From positions 12,524,001 to 12,588,000 of the forward strand of contig NC_043006.1 in assembly GCF_006345805.1 (NCBI RefSeq): a stretch of DNA of 64,000 bases, read 5' to 3'. A model generated the notes under the pieces. The model was not told where the DNA came from and did no database searches. It saw only the letters and a program-made list of their open reading frames with translations. Origin of the DNA: Octopus sinensis. Its lineage: Eukaryota. Made by a program: the position numbers and the translations under genes. This document shows, in pieces, positions 13,554-26,571 of this stretch (its first letter is position 1; the number at the start of each line of letters is the position of its first letter).

Positions 13554-14285
13554 TTTACTATCCATTCTATCGCTGTATGTTTTATTTCGATCTGCCACGT
13601 TTCCATTTCCACATTCTCGTTTTATTTTATTAATTTCTTTGTCATTTAATTTATTTATATAATATTTTAGGTTATGAGATGGCGTGTACGCTAATTTCAC
13701 CTTCAAGCTGTAGAGGATTTTGAAGCATTTTAACTTGATCTACGAAAATACCTATCCAGCGCGAGAAGAATTCCTGTCCTATCTTAGATATTGTTTGCAA
13801 TCCAAATATTGGGATAAACCAGCTAATTTCGTCATTTATTATTTTTCCATTTCTTTTAATGTATCTATTTGGTTCGATATTATCTGTTAGCTTTGTTTCT
13901 ACTATATGGCTGCTCTTTCTACCCGCGTTTATCTGTCCTTTCCCTTCTACTCTTCCGTATTGCTTTATGCGCCTCTTTTGATTCTTACTTTACTAAGTGT
14001 TGTCTTTGTGTTTTCCTATTCTAGTCCCTATCTCATTCATTGTTTTTTTTCTTTTTTTTTTTTTTTGCCAGGGTGGGATTTTTTATTCTTCGATTATTGG
14101 TAACATATTCTCTGATATATATATATATATATATATATCACCTCGGACTGGATATTCATGTAGTGTTATAGTATTTTGTATATATTCTATATTATCTCAT
14201 ATCCCGCCCTAACCAGTGCTGAGTCGCAATATTCGGCGTGTGTGTATGTATATATGTGTATGTATATATGTGCATGTCTGTGTGT

Positions 14286-15150
14286 ATACAGGGTGCGGTG
14301 AATATATCGTCAACTAGATTACGCAAAAATGAAAGTAACACTGACATCTCAATTTAACAGGTTTATTTACCAAAATTACATAAAAATATTTTGAAATACA
14401 AAAGAGTAAATTTATTCAATAACATATCAATCGGCTTCAACCACGGCCTCCAGATGACTTCAGAATCTCCTGCAACTCTCCTGGAGGTCTCCCTGTTTGA
14501 GTTGGTGAATGCTGCCATGATCCTTGCCTTCATTTCATCTTTGGTGTTACCAGGAGATTTGTTGGTTACTCGCTCAACTGCACCCTACACATAATAATGA
14601 AGAAGGTTACAGTCTGGAGAGTTAGGTGACAGATGTTAGGAGTGATGTGGTTGCAAAAATTGTCTGACAGCCATGGCTGGATTCTCCTGCTTGTGTGGCA
14701 TGGTGCAGATACCTGTTGCCAGACATAGTGTCTTCCAGAAGCCACTCTCTTGACCCAAGGCAGCACTACTTCCTCCAGGCACTTGATGTATGCCTCCATG
14801 CTGAGTCTGAGGTCGTGTGTGAAGATGAAAGCAGGCATAACGTTGCCATCACTAGTGATCACTCCAAACACTGATGCTGAATGGATGCTTGATTTTTATC
14901 ACTCCTGGTACTTGTCTTCAGATTGCACTGTTCTCAGATTGACACCCAAGCACTGGAACGTTTGTACTGAAGTATCTGACTCTAATAACAAGCAGTACAG
15001 CAAGTCGTTTCCAAATTTCCGGCAGAGGGAATTGCGCCATGGTGGTGCTTTCTCACATACTGTGTAGTCAACAAAATCAAAAACAAAGAATGCGAAATTA
15101 AAAAAAGATAAAATGGCGATAATTATCCCATTAACCCGTCGCTCACTATA
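14286..15150 (-). mobile_element. Tc1/mariner-superfamily remnant, maT (DD37D)-like transposase pseudogene
   Basis: ORF 14566-14871 reads ...EEVVLPWVKRVASGRHYVWQQVSAPCHTSRRIQPWLSDNF, followed in another frame by PNSPDCN..YYV. A TA-cagggtg terminus lies at about 14287. Confidence 0.85.
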
Positions 15151-15246
15151 TACATATATGTATATATAGATAGATATATAGATGGATAGATTGATAGATA
15201 CACACACACATGCACCCCCCATATATATATATACATATATATATAT

Positions 15247-15294
<48 letters not shown>

Positions 15295-15394
15295 TATATA
15301 TAATATATATATATATAATATATATATATATACATATATACATCATTTTGTTCTGGCTTGCAGAAAAGGAAAAGAAATCGCAATTCCCCATCCA

Positions 15395-15975
15395 AAATTA
15401 AAGTATTTTTTAATATTCAAAGCATATCTAGGAGATAAAAGCTTACTCAAAATTGCTGTTAACAGCTTCCACCATAGCCCTAAGACGGCTTCAGAACTTC
15501 TCGCTATGTTCCTGTGAAGATCTTCGGATATCTCCTTGAGCTTGGCCAGCAGTTCGTTGGTGTTGTAGGGAAAGTGGTCGGTGCCTTTGTTACTCGCGCT
15601 CCTTGCATAGAAATATGTGTGGATTATAATCGCAGGTATTAAGATGTCAAAAATTGGGCCTGGCAAGGAGCCGAATACAGCCTTCTTGTATCAACTGCCT
15701 CTAGCCAGAGTTTCACCAGTCTCCAGACGCTTCATATAGCCGTCCGAATAGATCCTAAGGCTTTGTTCAAAGATGTAATGAACTCTGGCATACAGACGTA
15801 ATCAGAACGCCTATTGTTTCTCTTCCTGCAGGTCACTGCTGCTTAGTCTCAGCTGCAACGTCCTTGACACGTCTTTCAGTCTTTACTTTGTCTACTGAAC
15901 ATTGAGCAGTAGTCCTGATGTCGCCATATATAATGCCAACGCGGATTATCATGATAGAGATAAATATTTTCCAGT
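15395..15975 (-). mobile_element. Second, more decayed maT-like transposon remnant
   Basis: The minus-strand peptide ...PYNTNELLAKLKEISEDL resembles the C-terminal region of the 14286-15150 transposase. Confidence 0.5.
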
Positions 15976-15984
15976 ATGCAGATG

Positions 15985-16215
15985 ATGTGTGTGTTTATGA
16001 GGGAAACACCTAAGCTCCTCGCGGCTCCGGCAGAAGGTAATGGCGAACTTCTTCCGACTCTTTCACCACAACTTTCTCTCACTCTTTCCTCCTGCATCTC
16101 ACAGCTCACCTGCGACGGACCGGCGTCCCATTCAGGTGGGGAACCTATACGCCAAGGAAACAGGGAAACCGGCCCTTATGAGCCAGGCATGGCTCGAGAA
16201 GAAACAAACAAGAAA
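15985..16215 (+). mobile_element. SINE 3' part with a V-domain-like segment
   Basis: acctgcgacggaccggcgtcccattcagg...gaaacagggaaaccggccc.tatgagcc resembles the V-SINE conserved domain (recalled, not aligned). It has an (AAAC)n tail. Confidence 0.55.
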
Positions 16216-18672
16216 CAAAACGTTTGTATCTATGTTTGTGCTTGATGTATGTATGTATGTATGTATGTATGTATGTATGTATGTATGTATGTATGTATGT
16301 ATGTATGTATGCATGTATGTATGTATGTATGTATGTATATATGTATGTATGTATGTATGTATGAATGTATGTATGTATGTATGTATGTATGTATGTATGT
16401 ATGTATGTATGTATGTATGTATGTATGTATGTATGTATGTATGTATGTATGTATGTATGTATGTATGTATGTGGTACTGATGGTCGAAACGTGCATAAGG
16501 GTTATCAAACTTGGTGGTTGTGTAGAGCCGAGGCGAGATAGTAGTGGGAGAAGTGTGTTGCCTGAGTGCAAATTGAAGTGTGATCGCCATTTTGCCTCTG
16601 TATTATGACATAACGAAGCGCAATTTCATGTTCATGTAGAGAACAAAGTAGCAAGCGATTGCAACTTATTCGTCGCATTAATCATCAAATTATAGCAGCA
16701 GTTTTTACAAAATATTCGCGGAAAGTTAAAATAAAACACAGTAATCGATATTTCTCTTCAAAGTCAAGGCCAATTGATGTCGAATAACAAAAAATGTGTA
16801 TTTGATTTTTATTGTCGGAATACACACTGCAAAGAAAATATTTATACAGATATCCTTAAGATTTCCCTGCTAAAACCAAAGCTTGATATTGTATATAAAA
16901 CCGTGTTGGTTAATATGTCCAGCACACTGAATAAACGTGTGAAACGCTGTACAAATATAAATCTGTACACTGTACACATATAAATCAATTGAGTAAATAA
17001 AATAAGTCTATACACATAATTTCGAAAGTCACCACTGATTAAACCTGAATAAATAAACGATTAAATTTTTGAAACTTGTGTACATTAGCGAACGGAAAGA
17101 ACACAGAGTGGTACATCAACTAAATTCTGTTTTAGCATATGCTCTTCTTTCGTTGACTTTAGTTCATTTATTTACTTATTTATTCGCTTATTTGTTTGTT
17201 ACTGCAAAAATGCATATATCAAATAGAAATATATTCTGTGAACTAGAATTTTAATTCATCCTTAATCTTGTTTTTAAAGCCTAATATGAAATTGATTCTG
17301 AAAAATTATGAAAATAGATACATCATACAATCGTGTAATTTTCAAAATTTTAAACGACGCTTAAAAAGAAAAGAAGCCGTTATTTGCATTATATTAATAA
17401 TAAACTCTAGAAGTATGACATCCATGCATAAATTATATCACTGAGTTCAAAACAGCCTATCAGATTAGAAAAGAATCGATCAATGCAGGAAAAGAAAAAA
17501 ACCAAGTATTTGCAAAATAGACGAATGGAGTGCTGGTATTGATTTCTTTTGGGCAGACACGTTGCCTTTTTTTATACCCTATGAAGAAGAGAGGAAATGC
17601 ATCATCGGGGTGAAAGATTGCAGTATATTACTCTCGCTTAATCTATAGTTCTTGACGGAATTAACAGGCATGATCCATACTAATGTGATACATATCTTAA
17701 AAAATAAGGTATTAATATTTCAATGCATTTATTCTTGGGTTGTATCGCTGAAATCCCTATTTTCAACCGTTATACATTAACATTAAATTATCAATAACAA
17801 TCTTTTAAAATCCATTTTAGTGATGCAGGCTTATAAATTACTGATCTCTGATATGTTAATTCTTGGGTAAAGACATAGGAATCATGTCATGTTAACATCT
17901 ATTGTTTCTCCACAACCGTTAGTCGTATTCTACTTCAAGAATACTCGTATCGTTTGGGTAAGAAAATGAGCGGTTTTCTGGTGAAGTCTCTTTCCCGCGT
18001 TAGTAGTGGTTCTTAATTGCATAAAATGTTAATGATGAGAAAGTCTATCAGATTTTCCAGTCGACTAAACGCAGCGCACACATGCATAACACAGTTACGT
18101 GTGTACGTATACTGGCACATACCAGAACATGCACACGCACACATACAAATACGCACATAAATGCAACACCACATAGTACCATACACGTAGAATATGCAAA
18201 CAAGTCATCACACAATACTGAACTGAGTCATGAGAAATTAAATATTCTTCCCAGACAATGCAGCGGAGATGAATCACATCCCATGAGACAGTGACCTGGT
18301 ATTGTGTGTCCACTCCATTATATGTTTGTGTGTGTGTGTATGTTTGCATGTGAGTGGATGGGAGTTTTTGTATCTGTGTATATATATATTGTATATATAA
18401 CATATATATATATATATATATGTATATACATGTGTATATATATATATATATATATATGTATAATATATTATTTTTGTGTGTGTGTATATATATATATATA
18501 CACATACATATATATGTATCTATATACATATATACATATATTTGTGTGTGTGTATATATATAAAATACATATATATGTGTATATAATACATATATACATA
18601 TATATGTGTATATATAACATCATATTTATGTGTGTATATAGATATATATATATATATACATATATATATATG

Positions 18673-18723
<51 letters not shown>

Positions 18724-19651
18724 GTATATATATATTATATATATATATATACGTACATACATTATATATATATATATAAATACGTATGTACTCACGTATT
18801 TTTTCAGACAGGTGTGTATGCGTACTGGGGTTGGTGATATACTGATATACATACGATTAATTATACAATTTTTAATTGATCATAATTACTATTTCTTTTA
18901 TAACCAAATTAAACCAAAATTATGTCGCAAATATATTATTTCTCATCATTCAAACAACGACAAATGTCTCGCAATAGATTCCACACTGAAAATAAATTTT
19001 CTTATTATGTTGTTTGCCTTTTCATCTAAGAAACTACTGATGTATTCTACAATAATATAATTGTTCCCCTATGTTGCTACGACTTCACTTTAGAAAGACG
19101 TCTCCCTAGGTTCAAGTAAGTAACTTCGGAAGCGGAATGAAAGAACGTTCTTATAGAGCAATCTATTGAGACGCATTATAGTTCAGATGAGACCTCTGAT
19201 GAGACAAGTAAGAATGTAGAACCTGACATCGATAAATCAGTCATTAAATGACAACTGGACTTTAATATTAAACTGTATATATCCTTCAGGAATACTATTC
19301 GAGTTAATGGCGAAACTTGCAGTTAAGTAGATTTTCGAATTGTAAGAACAAGACGGCAGTTAAATGGCAGAATGTTTGTCAAGTACATAATGTAAAGCAC
19401 GGAAAATGTCGTTTCATCTCGTTAAACTGATGAGAGGGCGATGACCAAGAGAACTCATTTGGTAGCGTTCAAAACAAATATATATATATATATATATATC
19501 CTTTTACGTATGTATATATATATATATATGTGTGTGTGTGTTTTATATATAAATATGCGAGTATATTTATACAAACATACCTGGATATGTACACACACAC
19601 ACACACATATATATGTATATATATATATATATATATAATATATATATATAT

Positions 19652-19701
<50 letters not shown>

Positions 19702-19706
<5 letters not shown>

Positions 19707-19815
19707 CTCGAAACGTAAAAGACTTGTATTTATATTCCTGAGCGCCATACTAATACAATTGTTTGTTTGTATTCCACCTGTCTTCGTCTTTTGTTTATTT
19801 TCATAAAGCTTCCCG
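19702..19815 (+). mobile_element. 5'-truncated hammerhead-bearing pLTR-like module (same family as 50885-51090)
   Basis: taggctcgaaacgtaaaagactt...attcctgagcg..atactaataca..tgtttgtttgta is nearly identical to 50975-51080. It is flanked by (TA)n. Confidence 0.75.
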
Positions 19816-19823
19816 ATATATAT

Positions 19824-19870
<47 letters not shown>

Positions 19871-19872
19871 TT

Positions 19873-19908
<36 letters not shown>

Positions 19909-20133
19909 CGTATGTATATATGTATTCATGTATGTCATATGTATGGCTATATTTTGATGTACACTTATATGTGTGTGTATGAGTGTGTGCGAGCGCATAT
20001 GTGAGAGTTAATTTGAACTTCCTAATGTACTGACCTTGTTACCTTCATACAAACCTTGGATATTTTTATAAAATTATGCAAGATTTGTATAAAGTTATGA
20101 ACATCTATAGTTTTATAAATTTCAAATTGAATA

Positions 20134-20812
<679 letters not shown>

Positions 20813-20917
20813 TATTTAAAGAGATTCTCATGTCTATTACGGATTTCACTACTTCGAAACCACCGTGTATCAAGTTTACGATGGAGTGTTATAAGAGGTA
20901 TACTTTGTTAGATTTAT

Positions 20918-21382
20918 ATGGCTGAATGGCTTAGAGGTTCGATTTGCAAACATGTGGATCTGAGATCAATCCCAGTGCCAGGCACTTTAAGCAAAAGTCT
21001 TGTAATTGAGCTCCGAGCCACGCAATATGGTGAGTTAATTTTCTAAAAGGTAGATTCTGAAGAAATCTGAATCACACGCACGCACACACACACACACACT
21101 CACACACACACACACACACACACAAGCACTCACGTTACATTGCGGATGCGCGAATGTCTATTTCCGTCTATATGTTATTGTATCTATTTGCTACGGCTTG
21201 ATAACCAGTCTTCGTTGGTTTGCTTAGGTCTCCGTAACGAAAAATTTAGATAAAAAACATAACCTGCAGAATAAACATCAAGTATAAAATTAAGTATTGG
21301 AGAATTCATGTGACCGGTAAAATCATTTCGTTGCGGTGCACCACCAAAGCCGCCATCCAACAGAGACTGAAACAAATAAAAG
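20918..21382 (+). mobile_element. Old family B-related SINE
   Basis: Head tggctgaatggcttag..gagatcaatccc, internal (CA)n, and tail gcggtgcacc...gactgaaacaaataaaag. Confidence 0.55.
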
Positions 21383-21402
21383 GCTAGTCAAACAAATAAA
21401 AT

Positions 21403-22004
21403 GCGGCGAGCTGGCAGAACCGTTAGCACGCCGGGCGAAATGCGTAGCCGTAATTCGTTTGCCGTTACGGTCTGAGTTCAAATTCTACCAAGGTCGAATT
21501 TGCCTTTCATCCTTTCGGGGTCGATAAATTAAGTACCAGTTACGCACTGGGGTCGATATAATCGACTTAATCCGTTTGTCTGTCCTTGTTTGTCCTCTCT
21601 GTGTTTAGCCCCTGGTGGGTAGAAAAGAAATAGGTATTTCGTCTGCCGTTACGTTCTGAGTTCAAATTCCGTCGAGGTCGACTTTGCCTTTCATCCTTTC
21701 AGAGTTGAATAAATAAGTACCAGTTACGCACTGGGGTCGATATAATCGACTTAATCCGTTTGTCTGTCCTTGTTTGTCCTCTCTGTGTTTAGCCTCTTGT
21801 GGGTGGGTAGTAAACAAATAGGTATTTCGTCTGCCGTTACGTTCTGAGTTCAAATTCCGCTGATGTCGACTTTGCCTTTCATCCTTTCGGGATCGATAAA
21901 TTAAGTACCAGTTACGCACTGAGGTCGATGTAACCGACTTGATCCCTTTGTCTGTCCGTGTTTGTCCCCTCTATGTTTGGCCCCTTGTGCGCAATAAAGA
22001 AATA
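21403..22004 (+). mobile_element. SINE family A trimer (one head plus three bodies)
   Basis: The body of about 188 bp restarts at ggtatttcgtctgcc at 21633 and 21821. A probable TSD acaaataaa lies at 21392-21400 and 22005-22013. Confidence 0.92.
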
Positions 22005-23048
22005 ACAAATAAAGGCTAAAATATGGAGTCATATATATATATATGAAATTTTTAATCGCCAAATAGACTTCCATGCACATGCTACATTAATGACAAACCA
22101 GTCCGGTGGGGGGCGTAAAAGGCTGTCGACCACAAGTGTAATTGAACTCAGAAGAAATCAAATTACAGAAGTTAATTAGTCCACCAACAGAAATATTTTC
22201 TGCCACAGCCATTATCGCTTTCTGGATTAATGAAGATTGTTAGTAACTGAGGCCATCTTAGTTTTATATATACATGTGCATACTTCCATACATAGATGTA
22301 TATACGCGTGTATTATCTATGGAATTTTTGCGATAGGGATATTATGAACTGAACTTTCCAGAACAATATGAGTAGCAATAAAACTGCAATATAAACAAGT
22401 GCAACAAATAAATAATAATTTTGATCTGGTTATCAGAATAAATCTCTTTTCAAGAGTGAAAAAAAGTTCGTTTTCAATTGCAACGCCGAGAATTATATTA
22501 TATACGTTCCAATGAACATCAAATTTCACAAAGCAGGGTGTTGAGTACAAATAACTAAGAACGCGTAGAAAATATGAACTAACATATGATTATGAATAAT
22601 TTCTATATATCGATATTACAAAATATATTTCCCTTTATTACGTCTTATAACTAGAGATATTCGTATTTGTTAAAGAAGAAAAATCGATAAACTCCATAGT
22701 TATCACATATTATTTGTGTGTGAGAGAAATATTTTGCTTTCACACTTTATAAACAGGTATCTGCACCTGAAAAGAAACAAATGATGGCTTTGGCGATACT
22801 GTAACCAATGAAGTATACACGAGGCGCAGTTATTGCGAAGGGAAGACATATATGTATATTGTATATTTGCCTTTACAAAAGACCGGTTATTTAGATTTTG
22901 CTCTTGTCCCGTTCTTGTCAAAAACCTTTTGTTAATCCTTCCCCATAATGCATTTTAATTGTATCGAAGCCTCACGGGTAAAAAAAAGAGACGAAAAAAA
23001 GGAAACAGAATATTTATTTCATTTTTTTCCTTTGCATTTCCAATTTTG

Positions 23049-23111
<63 letters not shown>

Positions 23112-23204
23112 TGTTCACATAAACATATACATACATATATATCTATATGTATGTATATAAGACTATGTGTATATATATACATATATATGAATATATATAT
23201 ATGA

Positions 23205-23245
<41 letters not shown>

Positions 23246-23272
23246 TTCATATATAGACATATATATGTATGA

Positions 23273-23320
<48 letters not shown>

Positions 23321-23406
23321 GTATTATATCATGTTATATATATACAAATGTCATATGTGTGTATATCTGTCTATCTATCTATCTATCTTTTATCTATATC
23401 TCTCTT

Positions 23407-23437
<31 letters not shown>

Positions 23438-23931
23438 TTATATATACATACATATATATATATATATACTTATACAAACAAGTGAAATTATAAAAGAATT
23501 ATAATTATTACTGAGAATTTGGCAGGTAATCTATTGTATACACAAGCGAATTTATTCATTCACGAAGTATTTACGCTATACACCATCTTTGTAAAAGAGA
23601 TTTTAATGATTATTTGCAAGTTAAATCGATTTCTTCAATAAGCATAAACCCACGCACTGACACGCCCGGTTAATCAAGAATGCATTGCAAGCATGCTTTA
23701 TTTCACAAATACAATACTTGGCAAAGACATTACTTCGCAAATACAAGGAGTAGCCGATTCTTCCTGAATGGTGCGCACCATAGATGAATAAAGCTGATTT
23801 CTACACGAGCCAAGGAATAGAACAATTATGTAGGCTGAGGAGTTGCTAGAAATAACAGCTAAATCTACATCAAACTACACTCTGCCACCAAAAAAGAAAT
23901 CACTTCCAATAATGAGGGCTGGGGATCTTTG

Positions 23932-24690
23932 TATTGGGTTGTCCGGAAATTTCGTGCCGATTCATAGTAGCTTACTTTTCGACTTATTTTAGAACATGGT
24001 TGAGTCCATAAAATAGAATTTGACTACAACTCCATTTAAAGCACAGTTTAAGCTATCTTTTCGTGGAAGAAGGTTTTTGTTCCTATAACCTCTGTTAATT
24101 CTGTAACCCTTTCAAATGAAAAATAAGAAAGTTTGTTTTCGGCATTTGATGCTTTTCTTTTTCCGTAGAGGGAAAAATGTCCTACAAGCAACCAAAGACA
24201 TACGCGCAGTTTACAGTGATGTTTCTTTATCCGAAAGAAACGTACGGAAGTGGTTCGTAAGGTTCTAAGCTGGAGATTGTAGCCTTATTGATAAAGATCG
24301 ATCAAGCAGACCATCCACTACAGATGATGACCAAATCAAGTCATTAATTGAAAATAACCCACATTGAACAACCCGAGAATTGGCAGAAAGGCTCAACTTT
24401 TCAAAATCCGTCGTTCATGAACACCTAGTAAAGCTTTGGTATACAAATCGTTTGGGTACCATATGAGTTGAGTGAGAGAAACCTTTCGGATTACATTTCA
24501 ATCTGTGATTGGCTTTATAAACGGAATGGCAACGTGCCTTTTTTAAAGCAAATTGGCACAGGTGATGAGAAATGGATTATTTACCGAAATGATCCAGGAG
24601 TAAGCGACATGAGCCACCCTTAGCCACCCCAAAAGCGGATCTTCACCCTAAAAAAGTCTTGCTTTGTGTCTGGTGGGATTCAGCAGGAAT
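23932..24690 (+). mobile_element. Mariner (DD34D-type) transposon remnant, 3' truncated pseudogene
   Basis: TIR-like tattgggttgtccggaaa, then broken frames FRHLMLFFFRRGKN...RKWFVRF*AGD...DKDRSSRP...TTRELAERL...WVPYELSE...FLKQIGTGDEKWIIY...LHPKKVLLCVWWD. Confidence 0.92.
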
Positions 24691-25028
24691 ACATATTTTC
24701 ATTGAACTTCAATTAGATTACTCTTTTTTTTAGACAACATGAACTATAATAATATTAATTTAATTGTTGAGTAATGTTCCTTTACAGTTGTATCAGTTTA
24801 TCCTCTCCGATGATGGCAAAGTTGGGGTATGGAGTCTGCACAAAATTTCAGTAGCTGGGATATTCCACAAACAGCTGTAATACAATTAATTATAGTCTTT
24901 GGATAACCAATACACTGGAAGAAAACTGGACGCTGATAATCTACGCGGAGCTCTATACTTAGCAAACATTTCTTTGTAAGAACACGATATACTATATACA
25001 TATATGCAGATATACTTACATACACATA

Positions 25029-25085
<57 letters not shown>

Positions 25086-25229
25086 GCACATACACACAAA
25101 AACGCTGTTGCGAATTAAGCTACACAAAGCGTATTTTGATTTACGTGTATTTACTTTATATACATATCTGGGTTGAAAACTTTCTTTTAACATTTTAATT
25201 AACGTCTATGTTCCATGCTGGCATGGGCT

Positions 25230-25353
25230 GGAGAGTTGTTAGTGTTGAAAGTTGGTATCTCAGCTACTAGAAGTTGCGACCTGCGTAATCTAGACGGCGT
25301 TTTTATATTTCATCATTCTCTTTAACCCGGGCATTGCGGGGTATTTTTGCTAG
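25230..25353 (+). mobile_element. Helitron 3' terminus of a different, older family
   Basis: Hairpin cccg-ggcattgc-gggg followed by CTAG|T at 25350-25354. The 5' boundary is uncertain. Confidence 0.6.
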
Positions 25354-25356
25354 TAA

Positions 25357-25715
25357 TCTTTATATATAAAAGAAAGGTTGTGTGTCTCCGATTAGACTCC
25401 TAACTACTCCCACATTTTGCGGTGCAGTTTAACCAAAACCGGGTATCTTATAGTCGTGATTCATATCGAGCCCTTCTGGGTATAAGCGCGCGTCTACGAT
25501 GAGTATTTTTTCATTTTAATGCATATGTTTTTAAATATAAGGGAAGTAACTCTCTAAAAATGTCTACGATGAGTCAACGATTTAAAAAAAAAAATTTACC
25601 ATAATTTTCTTTCCATTTTTAATGCATTTTTTGCTATTTTTTGGCTATAACTCTCTAAAAATTCTTTATAGTTATTTCCCTTACAAACCCGAGCAACGCC
25701 GGGCGATACTGCTAG
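25357..25715 (+). mobile_element. Non-autonomous Helitron (same family as 13172-13553)
   Basis: A|TCtttatatataaaag ... cccgagcaacgccggg cgatactg CTAG|T. Confidence 0.9.
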
Positions 25716-25724
25716 TATATATAT

Positions 25725-25929
25725 TCAAAATGTGACCGCGTGTGTACCGTTGGTGATTTTTTTCCTCTGTCTTCCCTTCTCTGGATCTTTCCTCCTCCTA
25801 TGTTTCCGACGAAGAGCTCCGCTCGAAACGTTAAACCCTCCTTCTTTTCTTCTTTCCTGAGCGTCCAATAATACTTTATTTGTTCCCCGTCCTTGCGTTG
25901 TTGTGTTTTTTGTGCTTTCTTGTTTGGAT

Positions 25930-25935
<6 letters not shown>
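25725..25935 (+). mobile_element. Penelope pLTR/retrozyme-like module with a minimal hammerhead (25802-25836)
   Basis: gttt CCGACGA a gagc-tcc-gctc GAAA C GTT aaac. It shares cctgagcg..aatac with the 19702 and 50885 modules and is flanked by TA repeats. Confidence 0.65.
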
Positions 25936-25976
<41 letters not shown>

Positions 25977-26097
25977 ATGTGTGTGTGTGTATAAGTATAT
26001 ATATACATAAATGAATATATATATACATATGTACGTGTGTATGTATATTTGCATATTTATGTATAGTTATATATATATTCCTATATGTATATATGTG

Positions 26098-26129
<32 letters not shown>

Positions 26130-26571
26130 CATGTGTATGTGAAGGAACAATTACTTCACATTGTCACCGCGTGACGAAGGAGAGGAGCTGTATGTACATC
26201 GCCTGAAGCCTCTAGTTTCATCATCTGCCACAACCTGTGCAAAGAAACTTTTTTGTGGAAAAATGTAAATGTACACAGTATCGTCAACATGGCTTCAGGC
26301 CATAGTATACTACTATACTACTTGAATAACTCAGACTCGACTCATCTCAGGAGCACGAAGAGGCTGATGATGAGCAGGAGATGATAATGTGTATTAGCAA
26401 AACGTTCACACATGAAACACTGAGGTCAAACGAACAGCAGACACGCATGCACGTACGTACACACATACACGCACATACACACACACCAAAACACACACAC
26501 ACACATGCAAACACACAACCATAATACATATAACAGAAACGTTAGCGCGTCGGGTGAAATGCTTAGCGGTA

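Noticed and set aside
19190-19470. CTGATGA motifs near 19196 and 19428 as hammerheads
   Set aside because: No correctly placed GAAA, helix II or helix I partner was found. The same applies to ctgatga near 36164 and ctgatgg near 16477.
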